Of a stretch of DNA of 64,000 nucleotides, positions 23,801 through 37,600 are shown in pieces. The DNA is from Antechinus flavipes. Its lineage: Eukaryota. The stretch's first letter is position 1, and each line of letters starts with the position of its first letter. The position numbers and the translations under genes were made by a program. The stretch is from contig NC_067400.1 of assembly GCF_016432865.1 (NCBI RefSeq), positions 64,480,001 through 64,544,000 on the forward strand, read 5' to 3'. Under the pieces are notes generated by a model. That model was not told the DNA's origin. It saw nothing but the letters and a program-made list of their open reading frames with translations, and made no database searches.

Positions 23801-26318
23801 CACCTGCAGACGGGAGAGTCCCTCAGGCCCTTGTTCAAACTTGTTCTTGTTAAAGAAACACTTTAAACAAGTTTGGTTACCACAGACAGGTAAATTAAAG
23901 GGATGGGCTATCACAGGCAGACCCCTGACAGCAATGAGAAGGGACAACTTGAAAACCTGGCAATAAAAAGGAAAAAAATCAAGAAAACCCAAAATTACAG
24001 CGGTCTAGGAATTATTTGTTAACAGGATTTAAGGGTCTCATTAGAATATGCCTCAGGACAGCAATTAATAATGACAACTAGCTAGAAAGTTATTTGTCTT
24101 ATAATTTAAGAAGCATAGGATGTGGGGTAGCTACTTGGTATAGTAGATAGAGCATCATCCCTGAAGTCAGGAGGACCTGAGTTCAAATCTGGCCTCAGAC
24201 ACTTGATTACTTCCTAGCTGTGTGACTCTGGGCAAGTCATTTAACCCCAATTGCCTCAGCAAAAATAATAAAGTATAGAATGTACTTCAGAAAACTTCAT
24301 CCTAAATGAAATTTTTTGAAAAATAAAATATGTAGCATTCTTTGCCATCTGGAAAACATTTAAGAATGAGCTATTCCTGGAGGTTCCAGGTGGCGAAGGC
24401 TTTGGCCCAAGCAGTGACTGCATAGAGGTGGCAAGTATATTAACCACATTAATGGAAACTGCCCAGAGCAGAGCTTCCTAGATGGAAGGCTGCTGCCTGC
24501 ATCCTCCCAAGCAAGCTGGCTTTTCTCCCCTCCCCCACCTGCTTCTCTTTCTAGAAGGGAAAGGAGATCCTCACAGACAACAATATTCCACATGGCCAGT
24601 GTGTCATCTGTCTCTATGGTTTCCAGGTCAGTGCAACAAGGGGGACGAGGGGGGTGTGGGTATGCCCAGTCCGGCCTCAGCCACACATTTCAGTGCCTGT
24701 GAGATCCTGAAAAGAAGAACCCAACCCCACGGTGTTCCCTTTCTGACCAGGAGAAAGAAGCTTTCACTAAGACCCCCTGTTACCACTACTTCCATTGCCA
24801 TTGCCTGGCCCGCTACATCCAGCACATGGAGCAAGAACTCCTGGCCCAGAAGGAGGAGCAGCAGCAGCACCCCGGCTCTCCAGTGGAACAGGTAGCGACT
24901 GCCTGGGCTCGGCCTCACCCCCACCTCCCCCAGCCCTGAGCAGCCATTAGACCTCTTCTTCCTGTCCTGTCCCCAGGACCTAACATCGGGACATGTGTTT
25001 CCCAAGCATGCTTCTCCCCTCCCCCTTTCTCTCTTAGTTACTTCTTGTAGCAAAAATAAAAGGAGGATGCAGTGGGAGAAGAGTTCAGCATCTAATACAG
25101 ACAATTGGACACTGAGTATTCCTCACTTGGAGGGGGAAGGTCGCTGTCTTAGAGCTTTTCTATGGAGACAATTTCACCTGCCGTTTTGTGTGGCAGGGTG
25201 TCGGCGTCCAGTGTCCAGTCTGCAGAGAGCTCCTGGTCTATGACCTCGCCACGCTGCAGGCAGCTCCCCCACCTCAACATCCTCTGGTAAGAGGGCCGCA
25301 GGGTGGGGAGGATGGCCCCAGCTCCTCAAGGCTTCTCCAGAGGGGTGCCTCATCTGCCTATGAAGGACAGGGCGAGGCAGCCACAAGTGGCCCTGGACCA
25401 ACCAGAGTCAGTTCTCTCTTACTCCTTCCAGGAGCCATACCAGCCCGATGCAGAGAGCTTGAGGCAGCGGGAGGAGAGGCAGCGGCTCTATGAGAGGCAA
25501 CAGCAGCGCGGGGGGATCATAGATCCAGAAGCTGAACGGAACCGCTATTTCATCAGCCTCCAACAGGTGAGGAAACCTCTTCCTGACCTCATCACACCTG
25601 TTGAGGCCGCAGAACCACAGATGGTTTGGAGTGACAGGGCATGGGGATGCCAAAGTTGGGGTGCTGCACTTTCCATTTTGAAATGAAATTTAAGACTATC
25701 AGGTGCATCATATAAATGGGAATAACCATACTTTGGTACTCACTGTACTTCTCCTTTTTCTAGCCTTCCCCTGTGGAGCCTGAGGTGGCTCAGGATGCCT
25801 CCAAAGGATCTCAGCCACCAGGTGCCCCTGCCACAGCTTTGCCCACCCCACCAGACACTCTGCCTGTTGCTCCACAGCATACAAGAGAAAGGATCTCGGG
25901 GGCTGGGCCAAGCCAACCAGGGCTGAATGAGCTCCAGAGAGCAGAAAGAGACACCTCCAGGGCCTGCCGGACCCCTGGGCAACAGTCAGAGCAGAGAGAC
26001 CTTCGGGGAAGTGGGAACTCTGCCCCCAAAGGCTCCAGTTGTACACAAGAACTGCCTCCTCCTACAGGGCCATTCAAAGAGCCCATGGACCTGAAGCCAG
26101 AGCCTCAGAGTCAAAGGGTTGAAGGCCCCACCAAGGAAAAGGGGGCTAGCAACTGGCAGGGCCCCCCAAACCGCAGGAACTGGGAATGTGGTCGCTGGGA
26201 ACGTTCCAAAGGCCGGACGCCTGGCTCCTCTTATCCCCGCCTGCCTCGAGGTCGGGGAGCTTACCGTCCCAGTGCTCGCAGGGAACCTCCAGGCCTGGAA
26301 CCAGAGGAGGCTTCCTAG
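20175..26318 (+). CDS. RNF25: RING finger protein 25 (AO7), RWD + RING-H2 E3 ligase, complete, 448 aa
   Basis: MAAAAAAAGEEDWVLPSEVEVLESIYLDEL; RING CVICLYGF...CYHYFHCHC...CPVC; C-terminus RSKGRTPGSSYPRLPRG. Exons 20175-20212, 21695-21769, 22024-22126, 22218-22285, 22427-22496, 24555-24626, 24751-24891, 25197-25286, 25432-25566, 25764-26318. Total 1347 nt, phases consistent, TAG stop. Confidence 0.97.
23314..23385 (+). repeat. 72-bp direct duplication, copy 1 (RNF25 intron 5)
   Basis: CTTTCCATTTTGAAATGAAATTCAAGACTATCAGG...CCATACTTTGGTACT; 4 mismatches against copy 2. Confidence 0.9.
24124..24271 (+). mobile_element. WSINE1-like tRNA-derived CORE-SINE
   Basis: ggggtagct...ccctgaagtcaggaggacctgagttcaaatctggcctcagacactt...ctgggcaagtcatttaaccccaattgcctcagcaaaa. 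Confidence 0.8.
25669..25740 (+). repeat. 72-bp direct duplication, copy 2 (RNF25 intron 9)
   Basis: 68 of 72 positions identical to 23314-23385; ends 23 nt before the start of the last exon. Confidence 0.9.
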
Positions 26319-26360
26319 CAGGAATGCTGGGGGACAGGGAATAATGGGTGGGAGGGAAGC

Positions 26361-26366
26361 AATAAA
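26361..26366 (+). terminator. RNF25 polyadenylation signal AATAAA
   Basis: AATAAA 43 nt after the RNF25 stop codon. Confidence 0.75.
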
Positions 26367-26730
26367 GAGTATTGGCCCAGCTCAGCCAACTCTGCTTGCT
26401 GCTGCCTCTGGAAGTAAAAAGTCTAGTCTTTAGAAGCTATATCCTTGCCAAATTTGTGATGGAAGGAAGAGGCAAAGGTGGCAGGATAATTCTTTAAATC
26501 CTTCTGTATTTGTGTGGAAGTTGTGACGGCCATGAATGTTAGAAAAAGGAATGTACTCCTAAATTTGTTCTGTCTCCTCAACTGTGGCTATTTCTGTAGG
26601 ACCTCAGGGTAAGTGGAAGTTCCTTAGTAATAACCCAGCGTCTGCCTCCCTTCTCCTCCCTTCCCTCTCCCCCATTTTTAAATACTAGCAGGAAAATTAA
26701 TCAGAAAGGTACTGGTGCTGTGAACAGTGT

Positions 26731-28804
<2,074 letters not shown>

Positions 28805-28819
28805 CGTGGGGGTCTCCTC

Positions 28820-28837
28820 TCAGGGGCTCTTCAGCAT
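28820..28837 (-). promoter_or_regulatory. uORF (MLKSP*) in the BCS1L 5' UTR
   Basis: ATG CTG AAG AGC CCC TGA lies between the acceptor (exon start 28843) and the main ATG at 28804, in the same frame, ending 15 nt upstream of it. Confidence 0.55.
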
Positions 28838-29788
28838 CGCCGACCTGGGGGGAGGAGGGGGCACATGTATGGGAAGGAGGGGGACTCCGGACACTCCTCC
28901 ATCTCCCTTCCCCGAGAGCTTCAAGGTCGCACGTGGGAAGGGGCAGGATCCCTCCTCCCCACTCCCGGAAACTGCAAGGTAACACTGGGTAGGGCTCCTA
29001 CCTGGCTTCTAGAGGATGGGGGTGTGGCGGGAATGGGGGCGCCCAACCAGCTCCCCTACTCTAGGGCTGGGGAAACTGAGAACGCGGCGCGGGGAGGTTT
29101 CGTCTGCGACTCCCTTCGGAGCTGCAAACTGCAGGAGCCGCGGCCGAGCCAGAGAAATCCGGGGGAGGATCAGCTGCCACCTGCGGAGCTACCTGGCACC
29201 TGCCTTAAGGCCTCGGCTCGGCACGTTGTTACTCTCAGAGGTGCCCTCTGACCGCGTCCCGTCATGCTCTCGGTTCTCGGCCCCGGCACCTGGCCGCTCT
29301 GGCCCGTCCTCTCTATGGTACTCTCCTCCTACCTCCTCGCCTCCTCTCCTGCGGACCGAGGGGAGGAACCATAGAGTAAGAGCCCCGCCCCCCCGGCTGG
29401 CGGAATGAGAAAGAGAGGCCTTCTTCCGCCTGGAGCTCTAGAGCCCGCTGGGCCGGAGGCGGGCGCCCACAGGGAGCCTGACGGGGCTGCTCCTTCCTCC
29501 GCTGACCATAGAGATGCGCCTCCCGCCGGCCCCCGACCCTGAGGTGGGTGACCAAGGAGGGAATTGAAGTGGACTGGGAGGGAACAGAGGAGGAGGGCCC
29601 TGCGTCCCCCCGATCTTCGTAAGGAGGGATAGGAAAGGGGGCGCTCGGCTTCCCTGGCGTGGAAGGAAAGACCCGGGGAGCCCCGGCCCGCCCCACCACT
29701 AACCCCCTGAGGAGGTTACCCACACACACTCACCCCCCCACATACACCTGCCCCTGCGTCAGGGCTCCGCCCCCCTCCGCCCTCCAAG

Positions 29789-30025
29789 GTGAGACCCCTC
29801 CCCCTAGCCCTGCCTGTGTGAGACCCCCCCTAACCCTCAGCTCATTCTGGCTGCGTGAGTGAGACTCCCAGAGTTCCCTGCCCATCCCGCCTGTGTGAGA
29901 CCCCTGGCCCAGCGTACTGTGTGAGACCGCCCAAAGCCCCCGCCTATCTCCCCCGTGTGAGACCCCCCAGCCCTCCTGGGGGAGAGTCCCCATCCAGCCC
30001 CCGCAGCCTGTCCGTGAGACCCCCT
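29789..30025 (+). repeat. Degenerate array of (T)GTGAGAC(CCC) motifs
   Basis: GTGAG at 29789, 29818, 29855, 29859, 29895, 29921, 29957, 30014, seven of them followed by AC and a C run, separated by C-rich spacers. Confidence 0.7.
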
Positions 30026-31628
30026 TCCCCTCCCCATCAGTGCACCGGCCAGAAGGAGGCCCCTTCCCCGCTGCAGACTGCCCGCGCCCAAGCAGACAGA
30101 GGGCATTCCCGAGCAGCCCCAGGCTGGGAGCCTGCCCCCCCATGGGCTGGCCCCTCTCCCGGACGGGGACTGCCCTGAAGAAGGAAGGAGGGAGGCGGTT
30201 AGGCTTCTCGCCCATCAGGCCCCATCCAGGCCTTTGCTCTTTGGTGGGACTGCCACCCTTCACGCGCCGACTTTCCCTCATGGTTCCCTGGTACAAAGGG
30301 GCCTCAGCACAGGCCAGGTCCCGCCTCCAGACCCAGTGACTCTTGGCAGCTCTCCAAGCACGGCCCCTCGGCCTCTGGAGCAAGTTTCACTTAGCACCGA
30401 GTGGTTTCAGCTTCACTCTGTGCTTTCTGGGATGTTTGTTTTGAATGTGAAGAACTACCTCAACTCTCAATTCGCTTCCTGTGTCTGTGCCCAGTTTTAT
30501 TGTGCCAAGTGACTTGCCCAGGGTCACAGAGTTAGGAAGAAGCTAAAGCTACATTCGAACCCAGGTCCGCCCGACTCTCCACTAGGCCGCCAAGCTGCCC
30601 CATATGCCCACAATTCAGGGAATACATGCTTATTTTGGATTCAGAAACTGTTTAGTCGTTTGTGTTCAATGAAACGTCAGGCGAGAAGGGTTACTGCTTT
30701 GCCATACGTTTGTTATCTTGGCCTTATACTTACAGGGATTCTGCATTCTTATGGTGCTACATAGAATTCTACTGTATATGATCCTGTGGGTTATAGAGGA
30801 GGGAAGGTTTTTAAATTGGAAGGAAACTTAGAGGGCATCTGCTTGAACTTAGCTTGACCAGACTAAAATGTAATTGGGAAACATTTAACAAAATACATAA
30901 CAATACATTAAACCTAGATGATGTTACTTAAAAAAAAAAAAAAACGAAGTGAAATATTACTCTTTTCCAATTACATATAAAGATAGTTTGCAACATTCAT
31001 TTTCATTAGATTTTGAGTTCCAAATTTTTCTCCCTCCCCTTAGACAGCAAGCAATCTGATAGAGCTTATGCACATTCGATCGCGTTACACATATTTTCAC
31101 ATGAGGAGGACATTACATTTTAAAACTACATCAATAGGTGGCCCTCAGGGATTCTTGTGAACAGCTTAATGGCCCCATTTCTGCCTGAATGTGACACCAC
31201 TGATTTAGTTCAACCTACTTTATTTTGCAGATGAGAAAACCAAGCACCTAAGAAGCTAAATGGCTTGTTCAAGGTCACACAGGTAGTGAGTGGGGGACCC
31301 TGACTTCAAGCCCAGGTCCTCTTGACTAAAATCTAGTGCTTTTCTCTGTATTGATTTCCCTTATTAATCCCTCCTATTGTGTGTGGTTTTTAATTTTTGC
31401 TATTTAAAACAAGAGAAAAATTTTCTGGATTATTCACATAAGCTGGTACCACGATTATATGGTGATACCCAAAAAAGAGTCACCACTGGACATTTCCAGG
31501 TTCACCATCTCCTTACTAGGTGACTCATTTGGCTTATGGGGAGCTGCTGGAGTTGATAGGGACCCAGAGGAAACTGACTGGACATCTTTTGCTTTTTCTC
31601 TCAGTTGGCTTGTTAGCATCTCAAGGAA

Positions 31629-31652
31629 ATGCAGCATCTCTGTGGGAGGTGA
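31629..31652 (+). promoter_or_regulatory. uORF (MQHLCGR*) whose stop overlaps the ZNF142 start codon (TGATG)
   Basis: ATG at 31629, TGA at 31650-31652, main ATG at 31652-31654; all downstream of the likely acceptor tttttctctcag| (exon start 31605). Confidence 0.5.
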
Positions 31653-34600
31653 TGACTGATACTGTATTGGGCCCACAACAAGGGAACAGCAGTAAGGAAA
31701 TGGATGGGCTATGCCCTCAACTGTTGCTACTGCCCCTACCCCTCCCTGACCGTGGTGTCCCAGGGTCAGTTCAGAGCCCTTCCTACTCTGAGACCCTCAC
31801 ACCTCTACCTACCAACTCAAATTGCCTGCTTGTGGAAGCCACAGCAACAGAGGACAGTGCGGGAAGCATGGAAATCTTTGTGGAAGCTGTCACGGGAGAC
31901 TTGTCTCAAAGTGCCCCTGGAGAGACCCCAGGTATAAACAGCCTTATAAACATTGTGATTTTATAACAATTGTTAGCCATTTTTATAAAGATGTTTCAAG
32001 AAACAGTCGTTTTGGGGAAAGGAGAAGAAAATAAATGGCTATTGGTCAGTTAGTGTTAATTGAGGAATGTCTTAGCTTTATAACTGGTTCTAAGTACAAT
32101 CAGTTTTCTTGGAATTTTCTTCAGCTCCCATAAGGAGGAAATGATGAAACTATCCAATTAACTTTTTTCCTAGTAAATTTATGTATTTGTAATACAAAAT
32201 GCTTTATAGATCATGTTGGGAAAGAAAAATCAGAGCAAAAAGGAAAAATCATGGAAGAGACCAAAAAAATGAATATAGCATATGTTGATTTACATTCAGT
32301 CTCCTTAGTTCTTTTTCTGATTACAGATGCCATTTTCTCTCCAAAGTCTATTGGGATTGCTTTGGATCACCGAACCACTGAGAAGAACTGAGTCTTTTTA
32401 ATAGCTGATCATTACACATTGTTTTTGTTATTGTATACAATGTATTCCTGTTCTACTCGTGAAATGATTATCTAGGAAGGAATGGATGAGAGGGAAACTA
32501 TTCAGACCTATGGCTGTACTTAGGTTGGCTAAGGTTTCCTAGATAGGAAAGTAATCTACTTTAACTTTAAAGTAAAAATAAATTAGAAAGTAAAAGTAAA
32601 AATTTTCCAAAAGTAATCTAGCTGTATACTCCCACCCTCACTCCCTGGCCTACGTTCTTGGGCAGGATTGCCCCGAACTCAACCTAGATAGATTGTTGGA
32701 AGGTGAGAGTTGAACATGTATTAGCATTTCCCTCAGCTATTACTCATTTTTTAGGAAGTTCTGGTAACTACAACAACTTTGTGTTAAAGCGCGCATTTTT
32801 TTTTCTTGGTTGTTTTTGTAGAGATGATCAATGTCCTCTGCTTAAGATGTTACCATGACTTTAAGCCCTATTATCCATCTCTTCTTCCTCTCAGCTTTCT
32901 CTGCTTTCATTTCTTTCCTTTTCTCTCATGGGATCATTGTTTTTCAGTTATCTCTGTGCATTCTCCTTTTTCTCTCCATATTTCTTATGCCCTTCTTCAG
33001 TTGAGAAGCTCAGAATTGAACTTGGAATTCTGAGCTTCTGAGGTCTGACTGAGGAGAGTGGAAAAATGATTTTTAGTTGTCTACCCATGAAGCTGGGACC
33101 ACATAGTCTATGTCCTCTGTATTCCTTCATTGTATGTAATATTACTTTGTACTTTCAACAAACTACTCAGTAAATATTTTGTCAAGTAAATGATTTTGTA
33201 TCCCAGAATCAGAAGTTATTTCTCATCCATCTTCACTTTGCTTAAGGCTTTGTGTCCTTACTTTCTCTCTTCCTGAATTTCTATCTCTGTACCATCCTGT
33301 CTACAGGTGTTCTGGTGAAGGTGGTGAAGCTGTATTTTTGTGAAGGCTGTGAGCAGAGCTTTCCTGAGCCCGCATTGCTGGCCCTGCACCATTGTCCCAA
33401 GACTCTCTTGCAGTCCAAGGGCAGCCTATCTAGTTCCCAGCAGTCTGCAGAACTGAATCCTGGGGATTCTAGCCTCCCCAATCCCTTACAGGGGCACAAT
33501 CCACTAAATGAAAATCCCCTGCCATGCCCAGTGTGTGGGCAAGAATTTGCCCAGCCACAGGCACTGAAAAGCCACTTCAAGAGCCATCAGGTTCCCCCTG
33601 AGGCCTTCTCCTGTTTTGAGCCAGGATGCGAGTTCTTGACTAGAGAACGCAAGGAGCTACAGAACCACCTACAGCAGGCCCACAGTTTGGTCCCAGTGCC
33701 CTGTTCCTTTCGTGCCTGCCCCTTACTCTTTGGGAGCCAACATGGCATGGAACTTCACCGCCGCTCCCACTACCCCTTCCAGTGCAGCTACTGCAACTAC
33801 ATGGGCTCGAATGTCAAACTGTTCTGTCAGCACCAGCGGAATCACCTGCCTGGGGCTCACAGAGAGCCAGCTCCTAGTCAGGGCCCCTCTTCTCAGGCGA
33901 TGCAGCCAGGTATGGGCTAGAGGTTACAGCTTCCCTCATTCTCATTTGAAAGAGATTAGCTTTGTGGGCTTTAGCTCTAATTTCCACAAGGAAAGATGGC
34001 TGCTGCGTTCCTTCTCCTTTTCAGTTAGAATAAGAGATCTTATCATGAGCAGGGTAAAGGGATTCACTCTTGAAATGGGGTAATTTAGGATTGGGTAATT
34101 GAACAGCACATTTGAGCAGGAGTAGTCAAGGTCTTCAGATAATAAACAAACAAACAAACATTAATTTCTTTTCAGAACTACCAGAGGAAGAATGGGTTTG
34201 ATAGGGTTGGGTGGGCAGCTCTGAAATTACTTGAGCTGGAAAGTGACAGGAGAAAAGGAACAGAATTCAAAGGCTTTCCTCATCTCTCACTGACCTTTAT
34301 TTATTCTCATGGTTCTCATGGGCTGCAGGGAGCATGGCTGACTTGTTTTCATGGTCTCTGCTTCCTTACAACTGAAGGGTAATGGAGTAAGCAGGTTTAA
34401 AGGTGAAAGCATGGTCTCAGGCCAACATTGGCTTAGGGTTTCCAAGTGAAAATGCCTAAGGAGGTGAAATTACAGACCAAAATTGTGATCTTAGCCATCT
34501 TGGGATCACTGGCCCAGGGAAGAAAGGGAAGGAGCTCCACCTTTAGACTTGGATCTGTAAAGAAGTTGAGGGACTCTTGTTTTACAGATGAGGAAAATGA

Positions 34601-37600
34601 GCCATGCAAGGGAGAAGTGACTTTCCCAGTGTCTCTCAGATATATTATTTCATAAGGATGAAAACCCTTGTGCTCTTATTCCATGTCAAATGTTTGTAGG
34701 AAATGTTTGTAGGAGAGAGACACTGCCCTCTTAATTTTGGGGTGACTTTACCAGGTTAAATTTGTTTGCAGCAACTGAGAGGTCCTCTGAAGAAGGGAGA
34801 CTTCCCAAAGGAACGAGTAGCTTCCTGCCAAGCAGCAAACCAGGGGAAGAGGAGGAGAAGAAAGAAGAACATGGAAGTGATCTTCTCTCTCCTGAGGGAA
34901 AGGAAGAAGAGAAGAAACAAGGAAAAGCTGAGAGTGAAGACCAGGGCGGGAGCAGCAAGAAAGTCCAAAAGACCCGCAAAGGTGCTCGTCAATTCAAAGG
35001 TAACTGTGTTAGACCTGGTGCTCTTTTGTGAGTAATAATACCCTGCCAAGTGCGTGTTACTCATCTCAGATTTTACAGTTGAGGAAACTGAGACTGAGAA
35101 AAGCTATTCAGTAGTACCTTAAGTCTTCTTGATTCCAAGTCCCCTCCATTGGGCCCCTCAAGCTGCTCCAGGGTGGAATCCAGGATCCCCAAACTTCATT
35201 TGAATGAGTTTAATAGTGAGGGGCTTTGTGGCATCTGAGTTGGGTGCTGTTTCAGGCTGAAGCAGGGCCAAAAGTGTAGCCATCAGGGTGTTGTTCTACT
35301 CCAGCTGGCCTTGTCTTCTCCAGAAGGGCACATAGTAGCTATGGAAATGGGATTCAATGAGATCATTTATCTAGGGCTGGTTTCCTGCAGACACAAAAGC
35401 TGCCACCTAACTGGAAAAGACAGTTGTGTTAGAACAGTTGTAAAGAACTCTGATCAAACTTGTGTATTGCTTAGATGACTGTTTTCTTCTGCTCTCGGCT
35501 CCATTTTTCCTCTTTTCCAATGTAGAACAGTAGCATTTAGAACCTTCGTGGAGCCTGTCCTAGATGATGAATAAATACCAGAAGTACTCATTTTGCTTAT
35601 AATCTACTCTCCATTTTGTAGAATAAGATGATCCCATGTTTGAATGATTTACACCTTTTTGCTTCTGGCTTCTTGCTTTAGACTTATTATCCTTTTCACC
35701 AGTATCTCTTCCTTCCTTGTCTTTATTGGGGCAGGTACAGGAAAAGTAATTAAAGCTGTTCTATTTAATGTGAGACAGCTTTGGCTCAGAGGACAGCAGT
35801 TAGGAAGACCTGAGTTTAAATGGTTTAAATCCAGACTCGAACTTCTTAGCAGGTCACTTAACCTCTGACCCCCAAATGGATTCACTGAATCTTAATGGAA
35901 AGAACACTCCAGTTTTTTACCAGCAAAATTCCAAGAGGGGTCACAGAGACTCAGACACAGCTGAAATGACTGAACCACAACAGTAGCCCACGTAAAAGGC
36001 TTAGATGCTCAGAGGCATTTCTAACATACTATAGAATCAGTTTTCAAAAGACCCTAACAGGTTTGAATGCTGGGCCAAATCTAATAACATAAAATCTACT
36101 TTGGATTTCCCCTTAGAAATCCACCCCCACATAATCTAGATAGAGGTGCAGCTAGATAACAATTGATGTGATAAAGATCTGAGGATTTTAGTGGACTGCA
36201 AACCAAGGAGGGATCCAGAGTGTGATATGATGACTAGGAAAGCTCATCTTTTAGCGCTGATGCACTGGGAGAGGCATCATGCTTTAGGAATAAGGAGATG
36301 TGATAGTTTTCCTGTCCACTCTCCTGGTTGGACCACTCCTGCAGTATTTTAGGACAGATTTCAATGAGCTGAAAAGGTGTCATAGAGCAAGGCCGCCTGG
36401 ATAGTGAAGAGCTTTATTTTCATGCCATAGGAAGATTGTGAACTAGAGATGTTTAATGTGGAGAAGAAGAGCTTTGACTTGGACAAGGGAGAGACATAAT
36501 TGTTTGAAAATATTTGAAGGGCTACTATGTAGAAAAAAGAAAAGGATTATTTTGCTTACTCCCAAAGGCAGAATTGGGAGAAATGGTTGACAGTTGCAAA
36601 GATACAAGATTAGACTTCATGTAAAGAAAAATCACCCCAATAATTAGAGCTACCTGCCAGTGGAATGGATTTTGGTGAAGGTTATAAGTTCTTATTCCCT
36701 GACTGAAGAACCATTTGTCAGGCATATTGTGGAGAAGAGGGGATTCTTTTTCAAGTTTGGTATCCAAGGCCCATTTTATGTCTGAAATTCTGTTCCTTTT
36801 GAGTGATGCTTAAAGCAATGGAATAGACAAGAATAAAGTTTTTTTTTTTATTGTGATAAGTTTATTTTTAATACATATTGCTTTATGAATCATAGGAGAG
36901 AAAAATCGAAGCAAAAGAGAAAAACCATAAGAGATTAAAAACATAGGAAAAAATGAATATAGCATGTGTTGATTTACATTCATTCTCCTTAGTTCTTTTT
37001 CTGGATGCAGATGGCATTTTCTGTCCAAAGTCTGTTGGGATTGCTTTGGATCACATAGTTGATCGTTGCACATTCTTATTGTTATTGTATACAATGTATT
37101 CCTGGCTCTGCTTGTTTCACTCAGCATCATTCATGTAAATCCAGGTCTTTCTATAATCAGCTTGTTCACTGTTTTTTAAAGAACAATAATATTCTATTAC
37201 TTTTATGTACCATGACTTGTTCAGCCATTCTCCAAAATGGGCATCCACTTTTTTCCAATTCTTTGATACCACAAAAAGATCTGCTACGAACATTTTTGTA
37301 CATGTCGGTTCTTTTCCCTCCTTGATGATTTCCTTGGGATATAGATCTAGTGATGTTGCACTGCTAGGTGAAAGGGTATGCACAATTTGATCGCCTTTTG
37401 GACATAGTTCCAGATTGCTCTCCAAAATAGTTGGATCATTTCACAACTCCACCAACAATGCATTAGTGTATTAGTTTTCCTGTGTTCCCTTCAACATTTA
37501 TCATTATCTTTTCTTGTCATCTTAGCCAATCTGAGAGGTATGAAGTGGTACCTCAGAGTTGTTTTAATTTGCATTTCTGTAATCAATAGTGATTTAAGGT

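Noticed and set aside
23836-23875. Imperfect inverted repeat caaacttgt...ttaaag-aaaca-ctttaa-acaagtttg as a pre-miRNA or MITE
   Set aside because: About 15 bp of AT-rich bulged stem, too short for a Drosha substrate; no TSD.
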